This document shows, in pieces, positions 1 through 8,399 of a stretch of DNA of 32,000 nt. The translations under genes were made by a program, and so were the position numbers. Under the pieces are notes generated by a model. That model had not been told where the DNA came from. It made no database searches and saw nothing but the letters and a program-made list of their open reading frames with translations. Position 1 is the first letter of the stretch; each line of letters opens with the position of its first letter. Origin of the DNA: Thermodesulfobacteriota bacterium (GTDB lineage Bacteria > Desulfobacterota > WTBG01 > JAGOGO01); the NCBI GenBank assembly GCA_026625185.1, contig CP113000.1, positions 150,001 through 182,000 of the forward strand, given 5' to 3'.

Positions 1-135
1 ACCGGATACAACTATTTCACCCAGGTCATAGGCGGTAAAATCAGCTTCTTCGTCTTTTTCTGCCGACCATGCCGGGAGGGAAAAAGCAAACAACAAACTA
101 AAACTAATTAATAATAATAAAACTTTTACCCTCAT
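1..135 (-). CDS. N-terminal end of a secreted/outer-membrane protein (possibly a TonB-dependent receptor); the CDS runs off the window start
   Basis: Hand translation of the minus strand; absent from the ORF track because it is truncated. ATG at 135 with GGAGGA at 141-146. MRVKVLLLLISFSLLFAFSLPAWSAEKDEEADFTAYDLGEIVVSG is a signal peptide with an AWS/AE cleavage-type site, followed by an EIVVSG motif like the start of receptor plug regions. Only 45 aa are visible. Confidence 0.4.
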   Translation of the reverse strand, partial: MRVKVLLLLISFSLLFAFSLPAWSAEKDEEADFTAYDLGEIVVSG

Positions 136-163
136 GATACTCCTCCTTTTTTTAATATCGGGG

Positions 164-268
164 CTATCTCAGTTCTAATTCCGAGAGTCCCAGAGCCACT
201 TGATTTTTGAGTAAATCTATTCGACTGATTATCTTATCAGCGAGTTTAAGAAGTTCCATATCATTCAT
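164..268 (-). CDS. small ORF (34 aa), apparently translationally coupled to the upstream 109-aa gene; unknown function
   Basis: Hand translation gives MNDMELLKLADKIISRIDLLKNQVALGLSELELR, ending at TAG (164-166). GGAGG at 276-280 lies 7 nt upstream of the ATG at 268 and overlaps the stop (273-275) of the preceding gene. Too short for the ORF track. No homology recognised. Confidence 0.3.
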   Translation of the reverse strand: MNDMELLKLADKIISRIDLLKNQVALGLSELELR

Positions 269-272
269 ACTC

Positions 273-602
273 TTACCTCCTTTCACACTTTAGAAGTTCA
301 TCCATCTTTAAAGTCCTCTCCACATACTTCCCTCCATCAGAATTTCTCTTATATAACAACAAGTTCAACTTTCCATGTAAGAAAACAAACATACTACAGG
401 CTATATGTCCCATAGTACTTAATCCTGTAGGAAGTATATAATCATCTGGAGAGGAATCCTTTAGTTTCTCAGCGAACAGTCTATAAATCTGAGTTGTTCC
501 ATAACGGGATATTACTCCCTCCGAGAGATATACAAGTTCTCCAAATCTCTCAGCATCTTCGTTATCGTGTCCTCCACGGTTGACAATAAAAACCTTTTTC
601 AT
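273..602 (-). CDS. hypothetical protein, 109 aa
   Basis: ORF track entry. AAAGGA-type RBS upstream of the ATG at 602 and a good sigma-70-type promoter at 717-745. I do not recognise the family (MKKVFIVNRGGHDNEDAERFGELVYLSEG...). Confidence 0.55.
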   Translation of the reverse strand: MKKVFIVNRGGHDNEDAERFGELVYLSEGVISRYGTTQIYRLFAEKLKDSSPDDYILPTGLSTMGHIACSMFVFLHGKLNLLLYKRNSDGGKYVERTLKMDELLKCERR

Positions 603-716
603 GATTAGAATCCTTTCGGTATAGTTGGGATCGAATCTACTGGTTGAAGAGGGTCTATTATCTCAACATTATTTTTTAACTCTTTTTTCTTTTTTAAAAA
701 AAATAATATTTCAGCT

Positions 717-745
717 ATAATATAGCTAAAATATAGCCTTGTCAA
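717..745 (-). promoter_or_regulatory. sigma-70-type promoter (TTGACA-17 nt-TATTAT) for the 273-602 cassette, overlapped by a perfect 15-bp palindrome
   Basis: The minus strand reads TTGACA (745-740), a 17-nt spacer, then TATTAT (722-717). The palindrome AGCTATAATATAGCT (713-727) covers the -10 element. A tandem TAATTACAAA x2 (751-770) sits just upstream of the -35 element. Confidence 0.45.
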
Positions 746-1130
746 GAAAATAATTACAAATAATTACAAATAATATTATCAAACAACTAAAATTACCTTT
801 TTGGATAGACATTATGGGCAATTTATTACTAATGAGTTCCTCTAAAAATGTTTTTCCTGCGAAAGCAGTAATCCAGAACTAATCGAAATTACCGGACTCC
901 CGCACCTGTGCCTTCCAGGGTATTCGCGGGAGTGACAACCTGGGAATTATTAGAGGTGCCCTAATGGGATCCTGAAGGTTGGATTAAAACCGGAAAGAAG
1001 AATAATAATTTTGGTTTTTTAACTACTTGATGATTATTCCCGCACCGCCGGGATGGGGGTTGGTGTGGAAGACATTCAAGGTAAGAGTTTTATAATTTTT
1101 GGGAAGCGTTTGAAGGCAATATAAATGGTG

Positions 1131-2042
1131 CTAAAGTTCCGCCATTACCTTGCCGGTATCTTTGGTATCGTATCCGCCCATTTTGTTTATGCTTTGTTTA
1201 AACTCCGGAGACCGGATTACCTCAACCAGGGAAACTATGGGCTGCGCAGATAAATTTTCTCTGGGAATAACGAAATCATATTGTTCGTTTGTCAGGTGAA
1301 TAAAGGTTAGATTTAACATCTTGGCAGCTGACAAAATGCCTAAGCCCACATCTACTGCCCCGCTGGCAACTGCCATAGCCACTTCAAAATGAGTGTTGAC
1401 TTCTTTTTCATACCCATCAAGCCGCATTGGCTCAATGCCAACTTTCTTACATTCATAATCAAAAAGCACTCTGGTGCCGGATCCTTCTTGCCGGTTAATG
1501 ATTTTGATTGCCGTCCGGGACAAGTCCTTAATGGACAAAATGTTTAAAGGATTTTCCGGCTTTACCATTAAACCAATATCACGATAGGCTAAATTGATGA
1601 CCGTGGTTCTAATCCCCGGGAGATAACGGGAGATGTACGGGACATTGTATTGGCCGGTGTCAGGATCAAAAAGATGGCAGCCGGCTATGTGGCTGTTCCC
1701 CCTGCCCAAGGCAATAAGTCCGGCCAAACTTCCGACGTTCGAAAAAGAAAGACTATATTCAGAAAACCGTCTGCTTAATTCATGCGAGAGCAATTCTACC
1801 GTAAAATCATTGCTTCCCATGATCACGATATGATCTTTCAGCTCTCTCGGTTTGTTTTTGAGGCCGATATTTTCCTTAGCGCTTTCGACGATCCACCCTT
1901 CAACTAATCGCCTCGGAAAAGTCCACTTGCCCGTAACCTTGGTCCCCGGTATTTTCTTTTCCTTTAAAAGTTTATAAACCAGCTTTTCATTTATATTGAG
2001 ATACTCGGCTACCTCTCGGGTATCCATCATTTCTTTGGCCAT
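1131..2042 (-). CDS. transcriptional regulator: excisionase/MerR-type HTH fused to a periplasmic-binding-protein-like (molybdate/tungstate-binding-type) domain (TunR-like architecture)
   Basis: N-terminus TREVAEYLNINEKLVYKLLKEKKIPGTKVTGKWTFPRRLVEGWI is the excisionase-family HTH signature. The remaining ~240 aa (IVIMGSNDF...GNSHIAGCHLFD...INRQEGSGTR...) look like the PBP-like domain typically fused to this HTH. Confidence 0.8.
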   Translation of the reverse strand: MAKEMMDTREVAEYLNINEKLVYKLLKEKKIPGTKVTGKWTFPRRLVEGWIVESAKENIGLKNKPRELKDHIVIMGSNDFTVELLSHELSRRFSEYSLSFSNVGSLAGLIALGRGNSHIAGCHLFDPDTGQYNVPYISRYLPGIRTTVINLAYRDIGLMVKPENPLNILSIKDLSRTAIKIINRQEGSGTRVLFDYECKKVGIEPMRLDGYEKEVNTHFEVAMAVASGAVDVGLGILSAAKMLNLTFIHLTNEQYDFVIPRENLSAQPIVSLVEVIRSPEFKQSINKMGGYDTKDTGKVMAEL

Positions 2043-2133
2043 GGCGTAAAATACCTCTTTGGACTTAAGATGATTTTGAACCTATTGCCTTTTAAAAAAT
2101 AGGTATATTAATACCATGAGGAAGAAAAAAAAG

Positions 2134-2165
2134 CAAAAAAAGCCTGTCAAACGACCGGCTTTTTT
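2134..2165 (-). terminator. terminator-like hairpin in the divergent region upstream of the regulator (orphan terminator or leader attenuator)
   Basis: The minus strand reads AGCCGGTC-GTTT-GACAGGCT (8-bp stem, one mismatch) followed by TTTTTTTGCTTTTTTTT. It lies 92 nt upstream of the regulator ATG (2042) and is near-identical to the terminator at 10781-10811. Confidence 0.35.
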
Positions 2166-2567
2166 GCATACAGCATGAGGTTGGTGTTTTCCTATTACCA
2201 CCCCTCGATCAAATCTTTCCGGCAACACGGAAATCAAAAAACTATGGTCGGGATATACACAATAACTAATTGATAATTTGCCAAAAATTTCTTGACAGGT
2301 ATTTGCTGGGTTTGCTAAAAAAGACATTACATAACTCATTTTTTCCGGATAAGATCTTGTTTATCCCATGATAATCGGTTTTGTAATTTTTGCTTCACGC
2401 CTGAGTGGGGGATCGTTCATCTCTATTCGCTTCTCCCGTTGTCCTTCCATCAGGATGCCCCATCCGCCTTAGCTGCATAATTTTCCCTTTAACCCACACG
2501 TATCTTCAGTCATTGATATTTATTACTTACTTATTTTTCTACCTTACTACAATCGGGGGGAAAGGCC

Positions 2568-5500
2568 ATGACAAACCGAATAGTTTTTCACACAAAGCCT
2601 ATCGTTGTAAGGCTTTATCGGATAGTTGCTCGCTTCTTTAAACTCTTGGTGGGTGATGTTTCGTGGTCTCCTCCTTTCTGGGTAATGGGTATTGAACGAC
2701 TGATCCTTTTTATCGGGGGAAAAATCGCAGCCTGGCAACGCGCTCACCGCAAACCCTTCTGGGTCACCATCGTGGCGCTTATCTTGATTGCCGGAGGAAG
2801 TTATGGAGGATGGAAGTATTACCAGAGTCCTCCCAAACCACAGCGTTTGTCTTTTACCAGCACCTCTCCTTCAACCACGCGTTTAGAAAAAAACGCGCAA
2901 CCAGACAAGTTCTACATTGATTTCAGCGGATCAACCGCGCGCCTTGAACAGGTCGGGGAAAAAGTCACTCAAGGCATCACCATGCTCCCCCCGATAAAAG
3001 GCGAATGGACTTGGGAGACAGATTCACGCCTCTGTTTTTCTCCTCAAGAAGATTGGGCGGTAGGAGGAAAATACACCGTCAGTTTTGCCAAAGAGCTTTT
3101 TCCCAGACATGTGCTTCTGGAAAAATACAAGCTCACATTTTCTTCCGCTCCCTTTGACCTCATCCTTGCCAGCAGTGAATTTTACACCGATCCACGTGAT
3201 CCAAAAATTAAAAAAGCCCTCGTGAGCCTCAAAGCCACCCACCCCATTGACGAAGAAAGTCTTAAAGAGCACATCACGCTGGTTAAAAAAGTTAGACAAG
3301 ATACACATTACGTGCTCACTGATGAGGTCGTTCCCTTTACGCTCTCTTTTGATGAATTTAAAGGCATGGCTTACATTCATTCAGAAACCCTTCCCGTAGC
3401 GCTGGAGGAATATTATGTGGCGGCGAAAGTTTCTAAAGGTGTCCGCTCATCACGGGGAGGTGAGAGGGTGCCCAACGAAGTAAGCGCGGATGTCCGCATT
3501 CCGGGCATGTATGATTATTTTCGCATCAATTCAGCTGAGGTTTCCTTTGTCCGCAATCCTCAGTACGAACCGGAGCAGGTGCTGGTCATAGAAACCACTG
3601 CGGGAGCACGGCAGAAAGATATCGCAAAGAATCTCCAAGTCTATCTTCTTCCTAAAGATCGCCCGGCATTTCAAGGTCAGCCCGCTCAAAAAGACTATCG
3701 ATGGTGGAATGCCTCTGAAATTGGCCCTGAAGTGTTGAACCTCTCCAAAGCTGTTGCCCTTACGCCGATCCCCACAGAACAGGAATTCTCCACCCTCCAT
3801 AGTTTCAACTATCAGGCGGATGTGGGACGTTTTCTGTTTGTGAGAATCAAAAAAGATATCAGGTCATATGGTGATTACATTCTTGCCAAGACATTTGAAG
3901 GAGCATTAAAAGTGCCGGAAATGCCCAAAGAGATTACCATCCTCCACGACGGCTCAATCTTAAGCCTCGCAGGCAAGCACACGATTTCGATCATGGCGCG
4001 GGATGTTGACGCGGTGAAGTTTGATCTGGGGCGGGTCTTACCCAGCCAGATTAACCACCTGGTAAGTCAGACCTACGGCACGTTTCAAAAACCAGATTTT
4101 AACTATAAGTATTATTTCAACGAAGATAACCTGACCGACCGTTTCGAAGAAGTGCGGGCGCTCCAGAAACTCGAAAAAAGGAAATCGCAGTATCTGGCCT
4201 TTGACTTTTCCCCGTACCTCCAGGGCGCGAACAACGAACTGCGGGGATTGTTCTTTTTCAAAGTCAGCGGTTGGGACAGTGAAAAAAAACATGCGACCGA
4301 ACCCGAAGACAAGCGTTTTATCCTTATAACCGACCTAGGCATTGTGGTTAAGACTGCTGTAAATGGCGACAGCGATGTGTTTGTCGTTTCGCTGAGCAGT
4401 GAAAACCCGGTGGAAGGAGCAAGCGTTGACGCACTGGGTAAAAACGGTCTGCCGATCGCGAGCGCCGTTACCGATGCGCTCGGCCACGTAACATTGCCTT
4501 CTCTCAAAAATTTTGAGCGGGAAAAAACCCCGACAGTTTTTCTGGTACGCAAAGGGAAAGACCTTTCATTTATTCCCTACAATCGTAACGACCGGGAGTT
4601 AAACCTTTCCCGCTTTGAGATTGGCGGTCGTTATTCAGCAGAGTCTCCTGATGAGTTGAATGCCTATCTTTTCTCCGATCGCGGCATCTATCGTCCGGGT
4701 GACGCCTTTCACGTCGGCATCATCCTCAAATCGCCCGTCTGGGAGAAAAATATCGCCGGCGTTCCTTTAAAAGTATGCATTATTGATCCGGGAAGCCGTA
4801 AAATTTCAGAAAAAACGATTGCGCTTTCCCCGTCAGGATTTGAAGAAATTGCTTACACAACCCAGGAAAATTCTCCCACCGGAAACTATGAAATATCGGT
4901 TTATATCGTGGATGAGGAAGGGCACCACAAAAAAAAGATCGGCTCCACCACCATCCGGGTCGAGGAATTTCTTCCTGACCACCTTCGTATTTCCGCCCAG
5001 CTCTCGAAGATGAGCGCCGAAGGTTGGGTTTCTCCTCAGGGACTTAAAGGCATGGTAAACTTTCAAAACCTTTTCGGCACACCAGCCACAGACCGGCTGA
5101 TAACCGGAAAAATTCAGCTCCTGCCCTGGTCGCCATCTTTTCGGGCCTACCCGGACTACCTTTTCTTTGATCCTCTCAAAGCCGATCAGGTCTACACCGA
5201 ATCAGTGCCCGAAGGACAGACTGATGAGCAGGGAAACGCGCAGCTTGACCTTGATCTCAAACGGTTTAAGGATGCCACCTATCGCCTTACCTTCCTGGCG
5301 GAAGGGTATGAGGCGGAAGGAGGCCGGGCAGTGAGAGCGCAGATATCAGTCCTGGTCTCACCCAATGAATATCTCATCGGATATAAACCTGATGGCAACT
5401 TAAATTATATTGCCAGAGAGAGCAAGCGGAGTGCCCACCTGATAGCCGTCAACCCGGATTTAAAAATGATATCTGCCCAAAACTTAAAAGCCAATCTGGT

Positions 5501-8399
5501 TGAGCGGCGGTATGTCTCCGTGCTCACAAAACAGGAAAGCGGTGTTTATAAATATCAATCTGTGGAAAAAGAAATCACGGTCAGCAACGAAAAGCTTGTC
5601 ATTCCGGAGCAAGGCCTTCGGTATCAATTTCCTACCAAGCAACCAGGCGACTACGCGCTCATTGTAAAAAACGACCGGGATATTGAGCTTAGCCGCATAC
5701 CGTTTTCAGTAGTCGGCGAAGGCGACCTTTCTCGCAGTCTTGAAAAAAACGCAGAGCTTCAGGTAAAGCTGAACAAAAAAGATTTTGGGCCCGGAGAACA
5801 CATCGAAATGGAAATCAGGGCGCCGGATACCGGTTCCGGTCTCATTACCATCGAACAAGACAAGGTGTACGCTTATAAATGGTTCACAACCAAAAGCACC
5901 AACACCGTTCAAAATATCACCGTGCCGCAGGAACTCGAAGGAAACGCTTATGTCAATGTTTCTTTTGTTCGTGACCTGGACTCGCCGGAGATTTACATGA
6001 GTCCGTTAAGCTATGGTGTGGTTCCTTTCTCCATTAGCCGCGAACGTCGGACCAACAAAGTCACGATAAAGACACCGGTTCTGGCGCTTCCCGGAGAACC
6101 CATGCGCATACGCTATATGACCGAACGACCGAGCAAAATTGTTATTTATGCAGTCGACGAAGGAATACTGCAAGTTGCCCGATATAAGACTCCTAAGCCC
6201 CTTGATTATTTCTTTGCCAAAAAAGCACTGGAGGTCAAAACCTCCCAAATCTTTGACTTGCTCCTTCCCGAGTTTGATATTGCCAGTCAGCTTTCCGCCT
6301 CCGGAGGCGATGCGTAAGGAGGGCTGGGCGCAAACCTAAACCCCTTTAAGCGCAAGCGCCTCAAACCGATGACTTACTGGTCGGGGATCATTGACGCCGG
6401 TCCCCAGGAGCGGGAAGTCTCCTATACAGTGCCGGACTATTTTAGCGGAACAATAAAAGTTATGGCTTTGGCAGTTGCGTAGGATTGCATTGGAGTCGCG
6501 GAACAAAAATCAATTATTCGCGGTCATTTTGTCATCAGTCCAAATGTTCCGACGTTTGTCGCTCCCGGCGACGAATTTGTTGTCAGTGTGGCGGTTGCGA
6601 ATAATGTGAAAGGATCCGGGGAAAAAGCCGCTGTTAATCTTGGGCTGACCACCTCAAATCATGTGGAAGTTCTCGATAAGAGCACCCGGGCACTTACGGT
6701 GACTGAAAACCGGGAGAAAACTGCCACCTATAAACTAAAGACCAAGTCCTTGTTGGGTTCCGCCACCTTAACCTTTCAAGCATCACTGGGCGATAAAACC
6801 AGTACCTACTCTCTTGACTTAAGCGTCCGGCCCCCCAACCCCTATGTTACCAAAGTGCAAACCGGCTATTTCAAAAAAAGGACCGTTAAAATCCCGGTAA
6901 CCCGAGCCATGTACACGGAGTTCCGCACCCTCGAAGCTTCGGCATCGATCCTGCCGGTCGGTCTGGCGCGGGGACTGATAAAGTATTTGGAAAAATTCCC
7001 TTATGGGTGCACCGAACAGGTAGTCAGCCAGGCCTTTCCTGCTCTTATCCTCAACCATCGCCCTGAATTCGGAAATAAACCGGCACAGTTTTAGACGACT
7101 CTGGAAAATACGCTCACTATTTTAAGAGCGCGCCAGAATAATGAAGGGGCCTTCGGGTTCTGGGCGGCAAATTCGTTCGTCGATAATTTTCAAAACGTCT
7201 ATGCCGCGCTTTTTCTTACCGAGGCAAAGGAAAAAGGATATCCGATTCCGCCGGATATGCTTACCAAATCCCTGGAGTATCTCTCCGGACTTCGCAAACA
7301 GATACCCGCATCGTTGTTTGACGCGCGTATCCACGCCTATGCCGTTTACTTAAGGACACGCAACGGCATTGTCACCACCAATGAACTCGATAGTCTTTTG
7401 AACCAGCTCCGGGAAAAATTTCCGGAAACATGGGAAAAAGACTTAACCTCTCTCTACATTGCCTCGACCTTCAAACTTCTTAAAAAGGATATTGAGGCGG
7501 AAAAATTAATCGGTAAGATTAAACTGGAGGCGGTGCAGAAACCGGACTACAATTATTATTACGACAGTCTGACGCACAATGCCCAGGTACTTTATATCCT
7601 TTGCAAAGACTTCCCTGAGCGGACTCGTGCACTGAAAGGCAGTGACCTTGAATGTATTCTTGAACCCCTTATCAAGGAAACCTTTAATACCACCTCATCT
7701 GCCTACGCTATTTTGGCTTTAGATGCTTACGCGGATACCGCCGCTCAAACAGAGACAACCGGTCTCACCATCGCCGAGTTGCTTCCGCAGGGCAAGCGGA
7801 ACCAATTATCTCTGCCCAAGTCGCTTTTCCCAGCGACTTCCTTCTCCCCGCAGGCAGAGGCTATTCAGTTTTCATGCGACCAGGATTACCCCATTTTCTA
7901 TCAGGTCACTGAAGCCGGGTTTGACAAAGAACTTCCCGCGGAAGAGCTGAAGCACAACCTGGAGGTACAGCGTGAGTACTGTGATGAATCAGGAAAACCA
8001 GTAACCAGCGTCAAGCTGGGAGATAAACTCACAGTCCATCTTAAAGTGCGGGCTATCGAAAACGGCTCTTATGAAAATATCGCCGTGGTAGATCTTCTGC
8101 CGGGAGGTTTTGAAGTAGAACTCAACCCCGGCATTGAAAGAACAACCCGAAGCGAAGGGTTATGGGGTGCTTCGCGGCTGCAAAAAATTTACCATTGGGA
8201 ACCGCAGAACGTGGACATCCGGGAAGACCGAGTGGTTGTCTTTGGAGAGGTGAGTCCGGAAGTGGGAGAATATGTCTATACCATTCGCGCGACCAATCAG
8301 GGAACCTATGCCATTCCCCCGGTTTTTGCGGAGTCCATGTATGACCGGTCAATGCAGGCCAAGGGGTTGGGAGGAAAAATTACGGTCGGGGGTCGATGA
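2568..8399 (+). pseudogene. yfhM: bacterial alpha-2-macroglobulin (thioester-containing, YfhM/ECAM-type), interrupted by three in-frame stop codons
   Basis: The ORF-track pieces 2568-6317, 6588-7094 and 7257-8399 are all in the same frame (start coordinates all divisible by 3). The gaps translate as continuous A2M-like sequence (..SGGDA*GGLGANLNPFKRKRLKPMTYWSG..VMALAVA*DCIGVAEQ.. and ..NKPAQF*TTLENTLTILRARQNNEGAFGFW..). Stops: TAA 6315-6317, TAG 6480-6482, TAG 7092-7094. The thioester motif CTEQ (FPYGCTEQVVSQ) is at 7008-7019. There is an N-terminal TM segment, and the gene is classically paired with pbpC. Confidence 0.85.

Noticed and set aside
857-1052. Known riboswitch classes (cobalamin, Moco/Tuco, TPP, c-di-GMP-I, ZTP, yybP-ykoY), considered because of the nearby TonB-type receptor and the molybdate/tungstate-type regulator.
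   Set aside because: I could not find the diagnostic boxes on either strand: no GCCACTG B12 box, no CTGAGA of TPP, and no GGGGAGTAGC-type yybP core. The element is also upstream of the mapped-by-eye promoter (717-745) rather than in a leader.
2082-2339. 85-aa minus-strand ORF upstream of the regulator.
   Set aside because: It reads straight through the terminator-like hairpin and poly-T tract (giving ...FFCFFFFLMV...), has no RBS and has implausible composition.
6315-7094. Alternative genetic code, or pyrrolysine-type or programmed read-through, as an explanation for the in-frame TAA/TAG codons in the A2M gene.
   Set aside because: TAA terminates glnA (10842-10844) and metV, and TAG terminates the 898-aa gltB-like gene (25835-25837) with hdrC starting 4 nt later. 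Both codons are therefore ordinary stops in this genome. Two different stop codons are involved, and no pyl genes are visible. Low-level read-through cannot be excluded from sequence alone.
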